From IMG/VR virus record IMGVR_UViG_3300021431_000090, positions 43,086-107,085 of that record: 64,000 nucleotides of DNA. One strand, given 5' to 3'. Below are positions 53,472 to 62,608 of this stretch, one piece after another. The stretch comes from a virus (lineage: Duplodnaviria > Caudoviricetes). Both the position numbers and the translations under genes were made by a program. The notes under the pieces are model-generated. The model was not told where the DNA came from, did not search any database, and saw nothing but the letters and a program-made list of their open reading frames with translations. Each line of letters opens with the position of its first letter. The first letter of the stretch is position 1.

Positions 53472-53829
53472 TATAACTGTAATCTATAAGGGGATGACTG
53501 CTGGGACGCGCACTGGGCACACCGGTCGACGTCATCGTGTGGCGTGCTTAATTCAGGAAAAACACAGTACAATAATCGGGTCAAAGCCAAGAGTTCAAGA
53601 GAATTTAGGGGAAATTAATATGATATTTCAAATGTAATTCTATTGACTTTCCTTGTGAATTATGTTTTATAAGCCCTTTGATCTGAGAGTAGCTCTGAAC
53701 CCAGCAGGCTGCCTCCAGAGCGCTGCGCCTTCCTGGATCTCCTCCTGCGGCCTCTTGTACTTATCAAATTATTACTCCCGCGAAACGCAAGAAGCATCAC
53801 AATGTTGTGATTATTGCATTACAGTTATA
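53472..53829 (-). ncRNA. retron-like msr/msd ncRNA, cassette 1 (RT-adjacent)
   Basis: 12-bp closing IR TATAACTGTAAT (53472-53483 / 53818-53829); G at 53817 opposite G at 53484; two msr-like hairpins; directly upstream of the RT. Confidence 0.85.
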
Positions 53830-53832
53830 AAA

Positions 53833-54129
53833 TTATGGTTTTAAATTTCTAATTTTCCTACGCTTATTTAAGAACCTCTCACGTTCTAAGATATTGAATA
53901 GGCTCTTACCATGATCTGATATGTACATATTCCTTAACATCCGCTCACAAAATCTTCCTCTAAAGAAATCTTTGATTTCCTTTTCAGAATAATTTCCCTC
54001 GTATCTTGTTTTCCGAGCGGTTACACCACGGATGTAAAGATCGCGGTAGTCGTCAGCTGCTTTTTGTATAATTGCCATAGCAAGCCGAACCGCTCCGCGA
54101 TCTCTCATAGTCTCTATTGATTTTTCCAT
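53833..54129 (-). CDS. hypothetical protein
   Basis: LAMAIIQKAADDYR...FF pattern; start overlaps the E1 stop. Confidence 0.7.
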   Translation of the reverse strand: MEKSIETMRDRGAVRLAMAIIQKAADDYRDLYIRGVTARKTRYEGNYSEKEIKDFFRGRFCERMLRNMYISDHGKSLFNILERERFLNKRRKIRNLKP

Positions 54130-54800
54130 TAAAACACGTCAAGGGTACCGTCAAATCCGTCGATCTGACCGAATTTCCAAATCCCTTCACCTTTCACGAA
54201 TTTAATGTAATTGTTTACGCACATGGCGCAGATCAGACGAACTGTCGTCACGACACCGAGCGTAATTCCGCATGCACTTAGAGGAGTTTCCTCTTTCGCT
54301 TCTTCATGCGAGAACTGCATGGAGTTCAGAAGATCCTGCTTCATCTTCGGTTCGCTCCAGTCAGCTCCATACATCTGCGCCCCTGTGAGCGCCGTACGGA
54401 CATCGAAAATCGCCTTTACGAACGGCTGATTCATATGCTGCTCCACAAATTTCCTGCGAAGCTCAATATTATCCGGGCAAAGAAAAACATAACCAGAAAG
54501 CATTTTCCCCTGCCACCCCTCCGGCTTAATCTTGATGGAATCTTTCGCATCGGGGTTAATTTCGAGGATCAGATCCCTCAAAGCTTCCACTTTGAGCTTC
54601 CCGATATCCTGCTGGCGGAACATCTGATTAACTATGTTATGCTTTTCGACCTTATCGAAATCATACAAGGTCATTTTTGTTACGCCGCACCTCGCGAGAT
54701 TTTCAGCGATAGTTGAACCAACAGAACCGCATCCGATGATATGAATCATCGTACTGTCTTTTTCAGGCTGGAAAAATTCATAACTCTTGCTGAGATCCAT
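54129..54800 (-). CDS. ThiF/E1-like adenylating enzyme
   Basis: IIGCGSVGS, DFD.VE..N..NQ, G..KV, D.R, SACG candidate catalytic Cys. Confidence 0.92.
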   Translation of the reverse strand: MDLSKSYEFFQPEKDSTMIHIIGCGSVGSTIAENLARCGVTKMTLYDFDKVEKHNIVNQMFRQQDIGKLKVEALRDLILEINPDAKDSIKIKPEGWQGKMLSGYVFLCPDNIELRRKFVEQHMNQPFVKAIFDVRTALTGAQMYGADWSEPKMKQDLLNSMQFSHEEAKEETPLSACGITLGVVTTVRLICAMCVNNYIKFVKGEGIWKFGQIDGFDGTLDVF

Positions 54801-54812
54801 AGATATTCCTCC

Positions 54813-55322
54813 TTATTCCGCGACTAATTCCATCGTCGCACGAAGCCCGTTACCAAGAGCTTCGAGTTGCTCTGGTGTTAATGTCTGGACACAATTCCGG
54901 CTCTCGACGAACATCTCCATCACCGTGCAGTCCTCTTCTTCTGTCGGTTCAATTTCATATCGCTCTTCTTCTGAAAGCTCGCGTTCTTCATCTTCATCAT
55001 CGAGCATTTCATCCCACGCCGCGTTATAATCGGCCCAATCAAGAACCTGGTCTTTGATGTCCTCAAATTCTATCGGTTTCAGATCACCATACTCATCAGA
55101 CATATAAAAATCATATCCAGCATCGTCATCGAAATTGGACAGAATCCCATAAAGATCTCTCCAGGTGTTGTTCCTCGCAAGATCGACGAGTTGGTCTTCA
55201 ATCCACTCATCGTAATAATCAGGGCTATACACACCTTCAAGAGTACTGCATCCTATTTCATCACAAAAGTCCTGCAGGTCATCGATATCCCTGACATCAT
55301 TAATGAATTCATCACGAGTCAT
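54813..55322 (-). CDS. highly acidic hypothetical protein
   Basis: 169 aa, strongly D/E-rich; inside the Ubl operon. Confidence 0.75.
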   Translation of the reverse strand: MTRDEFINDVRDIDDLQDFCDEIGCSTLEGVYSPDYYDEWIEDQLVDLARNNTWRDLYGILSNFDDDAGYDFYMSDEYGDLKPIEFEDIKDQVLDWADYNAAWDEMLDDEDEERELSEEERYEIEPTEEEDCTVMEMFVESRNCVQTLTPEQLEALGNGLRATMELVAE

Positions 55323-55350
55323 AAAATCCCCTCCCTATTACTCGTTTTGA

Positions 55351-56286
55351 TTATTCCATATACCCGAACGGGCCGTAAGGATCATCTAAATCGTCGTAGT
55401 AATAACCCCCATATTTTTTTAATGGTGTCGTTTTTTTCGACTTTTTCTTTTCGATCCTCTTCCATTTGTGGTCTTTCTGTTTTTTTTCGGGCTCAACCTT
55501 TTTGGTTTCCTGTTTCACAGTCTCAACAGGCTTTACCTGCTGGACTGGTTTTACTTGCGGCAGCTGGCTGTTTACCGCAGGCTTGTTATACACACCGCCA
55601 TAATTTGAATATCCATAGTTATATGTCGGAGCGACATACGCAGGTTTATCTGTGACCATTCCCTTTGCTTCGCGCAAGAACTTTTCAACGCCGAGTTCGT
55701 CCTCGATTACCCTGACCGTTACGTCAGACGTCTCAAACATGATGTTTTTTGCCATGTCATAGATCTTATACGTATATTCCCCACGTTTGTTGTATATCAT
55801 GAAGATATAAAACATCGTGTCATCAAGCTGCGAAAGAAGAGATTCATACAAATCGGTGTCTGTTGCAGACGGTGTAACGCCCATGTTAACATGAGAATGC
55901 CCCTGCATTCTGAGATTGTTAAACACCTCATCATCCTGATTGGCCAGCCACATCTGATATTTAATCTGATCTGTATTGACGGTTGCTGCAGAAACTTCCT
56001 GCGGATAAACCAGAATATCTGTGATGTAATATGCATCTTTTGTCATATCTTCGTCACGATACGCAATTCCGTGCCAACCGACCTCTTTATCGCATTCCCT
56101 GATCAGTGCCTGCATTTTCAGCCATGCGATTTCATTGAAATATACTGTACAAGGCCGCTTAGTACTCGTAAGCGACCTTGAAAAATTTACCTTGCCATCA
56201 GCAAGCTTAGCAGACTGAAGAATATTTTCAAATTCTTCACGCCATTTGTTGATACATGCATCCGTTATCTTGATTTCTTTAGCCAT
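55351..56286 (-). CDS. JAB/MPN+ metallopeptidase (deubiquitinase-like)
   Basis: EVGW.G, then HSH.NM...PS..D. Confidence 0.85.
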   Translation of the reverse strand: MAKEIKITDACINKWREEFENILQSAKLADGKVNFSRSLTSTKRPCTVYFNEIAWLKMQALIRECDKEVGWHGIAYRDEDMTKDAYYITDILVYPQEVSAATVNTDQIKYQMWLANQDDEVFNNLRMQGHSHVNMGVTPSATDTDLYESLLSQLDDTMFYIFMIYNKRGEYTYKIYDMAKNIMFETSDVTVRVIEDELGVEKFLREAKGMVTDKPAYVAPTYNYGYSNYGGVYNKPAVNSQLPQVKPVQQVKPVETVKQETKKVEPEKKQKDHKWKRIEKKKSKKTTPLKKYGGYYYDDLDDPYGPFGYME

Positions 56287-57739
56287 TTACAGATTCCTCC
56301 CCTTTCTGCTTTTTGAGAAACTCAATTGCTGCTTTAGTGTTCACAACGCTTCCGTCAGGAAGTTCAAAACACTTATTGTTTACCGAACTATCACTGTTAC
56401 CGCAAACTCTCTGCATGAACTCATTCATAACAGTCCAGTCTGCGAAATTCAGGCTCTTGCATGATGCGATGCACTGCTCAATTGCCCCGATATAGTTATG
56501 ATCCTGGAGGAACATATTGATCTCAGCCTGGTACGCACCAAGGCATCTATACTGATCGATATGCGGATTCGGCATACAATCGTTGCAATCACCATCATAT
56601 GCATAATGTCTAATACCCTCGACGTTACCATCAATTCTAAACGTATAGGCCGCGCAGAACTTAATCTTGATAATCTGGTCTACAAAGACCGCATTCATCA
56701 AGAGTTTGATATCACTATCAGAGAAAACGCCATCATTCCATCTATATACGAAGCTGCGTTTATTCCCGATTGCGCTTACCGCCTCATCCTCGTCAAAATA
56801 CTCGAGGTAATCCTTGACGACAAATTCCATCGCCAGACCATCAACGCTCGACAATGTGAGCTTCTTATTATTAATGAAATAATGCATTATCTCATCATCA
56901 TTTTCGCCACTTGCAAGCTTTTCAGCAATCCCACACAGATGTGCATCAAGGTCACGTTTTCTTCTCAAAAGGCTTCCGATTTCACGATTGTATGACTCGA
57001 TAGAATCAAGAATCGAAGTGATATCATGCTCGATCTCTCTCTTGCGTGTCTTTTCAAATCTAAGCTCAAACCCGGACAACATACTCTTAATTCCTGCGGA
57101 TCTGAAATCGTACTGTTCTGCAATTTTCTTAAGGCATGCCTCATATTTTTCAGAGGTCTTCTCCCTAAGAGAATTGATAAGCTCCATTCCGTCTGCGGAT
57201 ATTCCCTGACTCGGGTCGAAATACCACGGGAGAAAAGCAAAAATCCCGCACTGTAGATAATGCATCCGCCGATTATCCATGTTATCCGTGAAGATCAGAA
57301 CACTCTTTGTCTCAGGATTGATATAACAAAGGACTCTGAATACCTTGCGATAAAAATCCGTTACCTTTGTGATTCGCTGATAGGCTGGAAGAATCGTACC
57401 AATATTATTCTCAATTGCATTGAGATATTTGTCTACCACTTCCTGCATCCCAGAATAATTCCGCAGGCAAATAGTGTTTCTAATGCTGTCCATCGAGCAG
57501 AGGATATCTCTTGCAAGATTTTCCTCTGTTTTTGAGCGTGCAGAGCCAGCAGTCGGGTTCCTCGCATCATAAGAAAAATAAATGATGTCGCCATCATTCA
57601 TACGAGGAGTTACCAAAGCCCTTAAAGTCGAAATAAATGTCTGATCCCTTCCGACGCTATCGCCGTAAATCTTCCCGTGAAAGTATTCTTCTGCGAATCG
57701 CGTTGTCAGGGGCGTCTGTTCAATCGCGTTCCTGAACAT
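56279..57739 (-). CDS. large protein with coiled coil and C-terminal prokaryotic E2-like domain
   Basis: PNPHI....CLG motif followed by helices and SLN..D; lies between Ubl and JAB. Confidence 0.65.
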   Translation of the reverse strand: MFRNAIEQTPLTTRFAEEYFHGKIYGDSVGRDQTFISTLRALVTPRMNDGDIIYFSYDARNPTAGSARSKTEENLARDILCSMDSIRNTICLRNYSGMQEVVDKYLNAIENNIGTILPAYQRITKVTDFYRKVFRVLCYINPETKSVLIFTDNMDNRRMHYLQCGIFAFLPWYFDPSQGISADGMELINSLREKTSEKYEACLKKIAEQYDFRSAGIKSMLSGFELRFEKTRKREIEHDITSILDSIESYNREIGSLLRRKRDLDAHLCGIAEKLASGENDDEIMHYFINNKKLTLSSVDGLAMEFVVKDYLEYFDEDEAVSAIGNKRSFVYRWNDGVFSDSDIKLLMNAVFVDQIIKIKFCAAYTFRIDGNVEGIRHYAYDGDCNDCMPNPHIDQYRCLGAYQAEINMFLQDHNYIGAIEQCIASCKSLNFADWTVMNEFMQRVCGNSDSSVNNKCFELPDGSVVNTKAAIEFLKKQKGEESVNG

Positions 57740-57773
57740 ATCAAATTCCTCCCTAATGAATTTAATAATTTAA

Positions 57774-57855
57774 TACCGGCACCGGGAATCGAACCCGGAC
57801 GGCTAACGCCAACCGATTTTAAGTCGGTTTTGTCTGCCTATTCCAACATACCGGC
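57774..57855 (-). tRNA. tRNA-Leu(TAA)
   Basis: ACCGA-CTTAAAA-TCGGT; long variable arm; GGTTCGATTCC; no encoded CCA. Confidence 0.9.
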
Positions 57856-57981
57856 AAATATAGCGGCGCAAAGAAATCCCTTCATATTAGCTTGCCATCA
57901 TATTTCCAGAATTGCCCTGCGCCGCAGGCAATAATTACTGGTTTTGAATTTCAAGGCTCCCAAGAATGGGAGCCGTATGTA

Positions 57982-58209
57982 TCATGCATTATCCAGCTTC
58001 TTGATGCTGGACAGGAAGCAACGCTCGGTAATTCCGAACTGTGCAAAGGACTTATCGAGATCGCCGGGGCCGAGGGTGGAGCCATCAAGCATTGTCATGC
58101 CGGTGGAGTAATCGATTTCCTCATCCTCGAGAACCTTGCGGATGGTGGTGGAATCCTCAACAACGACGGTGTTGCGCTTCATATTATTGCTAACTTTAAC
58201 CTGAATCAT
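57982..58209 (-). CDS. ubiquitin-like beta-grasp protein
   Basis: 75 aa; IQVKV...TVVV....TIRKVLE...LDG..L...DLDKSF..FGI...FLS; ends KLDNA. Confidence 0.7.
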   Translation of the reverse strand: MIQVKVSNNMKRNTVVVEDSTTIRKVLEDEEIDYSTGMTMLDGSTLGPGDLDKSFAQFGITERCFLSSIKKLDNA

Positions 58210-58311
58210 GGTATTTCTCCTTTAAATTATAAATATTTTTTAATTTTTTTGGCCGGATTAAGGTTTGGGCAAAAATGTTTGGGCTACCGCTTTCACGATA
58301 GCCCGATCACA

Positions 58312-58710
58312 TCACTGAAGTTCGGAGATGCTATTGAGGATCTCTGCTTCCTCAGTTTCAATTTCCGCGAGCACTTCAGGGATCTTGCTCTCAATCTTAT
58401 TGAGAAGCAGGACAGACGGGCCGTATGTATCTGCTACATACTTCTTCACGTCTCCTTCGACGCCACTCAGGACAGTCGTGAGACAAGCGAACTTGTTCTC
58501 ATCGCGGGTTTCCTTGGCGAATTCCACGCCATAGGGGCTGATGCTGCCGTTCCCGGAAGAGACACCAACACGGAACACCTGTTCCTTGTTTTCCTCACCG
58601 CCCATCAGGACGAGAGCTTTCGGGCGATACTTCTTGACCTTCTTGTAATCTTCCAGCTTCACTGCGGAAGTCACGATCACTGCGTCGCCTGCGAGTACGA
58701 TTTTTGCCAT
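58312..58710 (-). CDS. hypothetical protein heading the Ubl operon
   Basis: AAGGA SD; codon usage like the neighbouring Ubl gene. Confidence 0.7.
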   Translation of the reverse strand: MAKIVLAGDAVIVTSAVKLEDYKKVKKYRPKALVLMGGEENKEQVFRVGVSSGNGSISPYGVEFAKETRDENKFACLTTVLSGVEGDVKKYVADTYGPSVLLLNKIESKIPEVLAEIETEEAEILNSISELQ

Positions 58711-58773
58711 ATGGCATTCCTTTCTTTCCTTTTCTCCCTTATTCCTCGGGGAAAGGAACACAAAAAATAAGTA

Positions 58774-58834
58774 GTAGCATTAGCATTACCCGCCATCGCT
58801 TGTGCTGTTCGCACGGAAGCTGCCCCGTGATGGC
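58774..58834 (-). ncRNA. variant HDV-like ribozyme candidate
   Basis: GCCAUC AC GGGGCA GCU UCC[GUGCGAACAGCAC]A AGC GAUGGC GG GUAAUG CUAA UGCUAC. Confidence 0.45.
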
Positions 58835-58871
58835 ATACCCGTAAAGATATTGAAAATCCCTACGGGCTCAT

Positions 58872-59465
58872 TTATGCAAAGAAATAAATCGGATCGTCCG
58901 CATCATCAAAATCGATAAGATCATACGGATATTCCTCGTACTTTTCGGTCCCATCAAGGTCTTCGAGATACATTGGTCGTCTGATATCAGACCCCCATTT
59001 CAGCGCAAGAAATTCGAGGAAGTGTTCCTTACAATCTACGAAGAAATCCTTTTCCCTCGCTTTCCCGTATTCATCGATGTTGTTATCCAGAACAACACTC
59101 AAGAAGTCGTACAGGGATGCATCGATTTCATCTTCGCGAGCCTCGATTTCCAAATCCTGAAGCTCTTCTTCAGTGATGCTGTCTTCTTCTTTTGTATGTG
59201 CCATTTTCGTCACCTTGTTATAGATTGATGACACCACTTCCTCACAATCCTGTTTATCCCAACAGGACTCCTCATAGAAAGCATCGTCGTTAACACATAC
59301 AATAATGTCCGGCTGTATCTCACCACTTTCCCCCACCGCAGTGAGATAAACCACCACATTGATGTCTGGATCTGTTGCGATCTCTTGAAGATCCGTGAAC
59401 AGCTTGCCTTTTTTCTCTTGGAATAAATCCCACACCTTATTTGCTTCGATTTCAATCTTAAGCAT
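58872..59465 (-). CDS. acidic hypothetical protein
   Basis: 197 aa ORF with GGGAGG SD. Confidence 0.7.
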   Translation of the reverse strand: MLKIEIEANKVWDLFQEKKGKLFTDLQEIATDPDINVVVYLTAVGESGEIQPDIIVCVNDDAFYEESCWDKQDCEEVVSSIYNKVTKMAHTKEEDSITEEELQDLEIEAREDEIDASLYDFLSVVLDNNIDEYGKAREKDFFVDCKEHFLEFLALKWGSDIRRPMYLEDLDGTEKYEEYPYDLIDFDDADDPIYFFA

Positions 59466-59813
59466 AATTACCTCCCATTACTTCAGACGGTGCAGATTGA
59501 CCAGGACTCCATCTGCAAGGATGCACTTTCGTCAAGACGCTGACACCGTCAGCAAAAACCGTCCGCCATAGGCAGCATTTCCCATGACTTGAACACTAAC
59601 GCAGTCCCTGCGCTGACAGACCACACTGCGCCTTGTAGCCCTCGTCAGTTCTAAGCGTTAGGCGAGTAAGGGAGACCTCGCCCCACGGAATCGTACCGTG
59701 CCATCGCTTACGCGAATCGAACCTCGCTTTGATCGGATTCCCACCTTACCCGATCATGCATCGTCCCATGTGTAATATTGTGTTAAAGGGAGGATTTACG
59801 ATGCCCCGATTAA

Positions 59814-60104
59814 TCATATTAACTTTGTTGCCGCTCGTTTTAATCGCTCACCGGCGATAAAACAAGGCACCCTTTTTGCTGGAATTTCCACTTTCCCGTC
59901 TTGCCAATCCCTACCAATCCGAGAAGCCCTATCTTTTATTTCAAACGTACCGAACCCAGATAACTGAACACGATTCCCGTGTGCTAACTCATCTTCAATA
60001 ATCCCGAGTAACGAATTAAGAACAGCTTCAACATCTACAAGATGAAGCCCGGTATCATCCCTTATTCGATAGATTATGTCCGATTTGATTACTGTTTCCT
60101 GCAT
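59814..60104 (-). CDS. hup: HU-like DNA-binding protein
   Basis: V.LSGFGTF....R..R.GR....G..EIPA..VP.F.AG..LK. Confidence 0.9.
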   Translation of the reverse strand: MQETVIKSDIIYRIRDDTGLHLVDVEAVLNSLLGIIEDELAHGNRVQLSGFGTFEIKDRASRIGRDWQDGKVEIPAKRVPCFIAGERLKRAATKLI

Positions 60105-60647
60105 CGAAAACCTCACATATAACGATATATCTTCGTGATATTATCGCTTTCCTTACGTTTCATGCTCGGCCTATCCATTGCCTGCATCAAGAAATGCCAG
60201 ATTAAATACCAGCCAGCGACAAGAATCACTGCCCAGCTAAACACATTGTCAAGCATCCAAATTCCTCACTTTCCGCAACACTCTCGGCCATACATAAGAT
60301 ACAAATCCCTTGTCGCCGGATTCCCTGATTTCCACTAAACCACACCGTTTATCGACTGATAAGACAGAACAGCGTTTCCCGAAATAATCGACAGAATCGC
60401 CGTTTTTTAACTCTAAAGCATCGTAAATGCTCACAAAAACCCTCACTTTCTTTCATTTTTGTCGGGAACCTGACCGGGTGGCAAATGCCCATACTGTACA
60501 GACCCGGTCAGACGTTTCCCTTTATCGTCCCGCTTCTTTGAGTAATTCCTCAATTTCCACAAGGGAGCCGATAAAAATTTTGCAGAGTTCCATTTCCATG
60601 CGATGAACAAGCTTTGCCATAACGATCCTCTTTTGATTTTGAATTCC

Positions 60648-60700
60648 GTACAATTGGTTGGTTATCCATCCCCGCCGCGTGGAGGCCTGTACATGGGGAC
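60648..60700 (-). ncRNA. minimal HDV-like ribozyme A
   Basis: GUCCCC AU GUACAG GCC UCCACGC GGC GGGGAU GG AUAACCAA CCAA UUGUAC. Confidence 0.85.
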
Positions 60701-61402
60701 AGACGAGGCCCGAAAGCCCCGCCTATATAAAGAAAGGAGGTAAAGAATGAAAAAAGCTTAATAAGAAAAAGAAACAAGCGAGCATTTTTTACTATGCCTC
60801 AGCTTGTTTATGAATTTCCGCATGTGATATTCCGAATCAAACGATTTTGTTACCTTGTTCCCGGAAGCATGAACAATGAATGTTACCTTGAAATGCCCCG
60901 GTATAATTTCATGTCCAAGCATATGTAAAACCCTCTTCAGTATGCACATCTGTATTCCACCAAAATATCGTCGTAAATTTCCATCGTTCCCCGAGAGTCC
61001 ATAATCACTGCAAGAATGTCGCCCTCGGCGAGATCCTCACATCCGTAAAATCCCCACAGACAACCATTGCAATCAGAAGCCGTAACGAGATCCTTTTCAC
61101 GATCGAGATCTACAACCGTTATTCCCTTTGGGTACAAATCCCGTTCCCGTGATGCTATGTATCTTTCCTCGACAATAACCGCAAGAGAAAAAACCAGCGC
61201 AAGAACCAGCAGGAGCGATGTGTAGAATTCTAATTTCCGCATCATTGCTTATTCCTCACATCCCCAATAATCCGCACAATCGCACCGATACTGGAATTCA
61301 TCCCAATCAAATTCCCCAGTATCACGATCGGTGCATTCCCAAACATCATTGGAAACCCTATCGTTGTCCATATTTCCTCCCTCAAATCCCAGTTTTATTT
61401 CC

Positions 61403-61455
61403 GCACAATCAGTTGGTTATCCATCTCCGCGACGTGGACGCTTGTGCATGGAGAC
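61403..61455 (-). ncRNA. minimal HDV-like ribozyme B
   Basis: GUCUCC AU GCACAA GCG UCCACGU CGC GGAGAU GG AUAACCAA CUGA UUGUGC. Confidence 0.85.
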
Positions 61456-61874
61456 ATAATGAAAAACCATGCAGAGATAGCTTAGGTAGGAATCGCATAA
61501 ACCCGTGTTATACGCTCTGTGGTTCCGTGTTTTCGCCTCCCACGGTTGGCGTTCCCTTTGACATCAAATGCCTCTATCCCTGCATGGCATTCCGCAATTA
61601 ACCCGGAGCCATAAGGCCGGATTCCGCACGGCGGACACGCATAATCACGCGATTTCCGCAGGGCTTCGTGACCTTTTTCCCGTCTTCCTCGACCTCAACC
61701 ATGTTCTCGCAAATAAGAACATTGCTGACGCGCTTCATTTTCCCGCCGCAAGCCTTGCAATAGAAATCCTTTTCCCTCTTCGGGCGCTTGGTGATCCCGA
61801 AGAAATTCCCCAGTTCCTCAAAACCATAAAGTGTACGCATAAAAATCCCCCTTAAAAGATAGTTCGATTTCCTT

Positions 61875-61927
61875 GTGCAATCGGTTGGATATCCACCCTC
61901 GCCACGTGGAGGCCTGCACTTGAGGGC
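61875..61927 (-). ncRNA. minimal HDV-like ribozyme C
   Basis: GCCCUC AA GUGCAG GCC UCCACGU GGC GAGGGU GG AUAUCCAA CCGA UUGCAC. Confidence 0.85.
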
Positions 61928-62230
61928 ATGGGACGGAATCCGAAAACCCCGCCCCTATAGAGAAAGGAGAATGAAACATGAAAGCCTGTCAGATAGCCGC
62001 CATAGCTTTATGGCCTGAACCCCAGAAAACCCCAACTTTGAGGCTAACGGAATTTCCTTTGATGGTCACACCATCGGAGAAACGTGCGGTGTATTTCCCG
62101 TCGTCGTTGAAAATCTCATCACAAGTGATGCCGGATTTCCTTGCGATTTCCTCGCATTTTTCACGAAATGTATTGAACGGCATAACAAAAACCTCCCTTA
62201 ATTTTTGAAAATCAATGCCTTTTCAAATTC

Positions 62231-62282
62231 CTGCAATCGGTTGAAATCCAGCACCGCGACGTGGACGCTTGCAGATGGTGCC
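62231..62282 (-). ncRNA. minimal HDV-like ribozyme D
   Basis: GGCACC AU CUGCAA GCG UCCACGU CGC GGUGCU GG AUUUCAA CCGA UUGCAG. Confidence 0.85.
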
Positions 62283-62608
62283 ATATATGGCTTGTTATCG
62301 GACAGCAGCCCTAAACCGCTGAAATTCCCCGTCATATGTAAGGGATTAAACGGACTTTCAGAATCCGTGCAGATTAGCTATGATGATCTTTAATTCCGTT
62401 CGCATATCCGTAAAGCATTGCGCAACGTGCGAACGAAGCCATTGTTTCGACAACCGCCTTTTTCGAGATAAAACCCCGATCATAAAGCGTGATGATTGTC
62501 TCAATTTCCTTGCCGATTTCCTCATCAGTGGGCGGATTTCCGTTCCCGTCGATCGGGAAAAGATTGTAAGGCGCGGTAGTTACCATAAGCAAATTCCCCT
62601 TTCTTTTC

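Noticed and set aside
54129-54800. ThiF as part of thiamine or molybdopterin biosynthesis
   Set aside because: No thi/moa genes nearby; E2-like and JAB neighbours point to conjugation
57892-58770. 292-aa + strand ORF (also 63071-63490 and 5089-5934)
   Set aside because: Antisense shadows of well-supported genes with biased codon use
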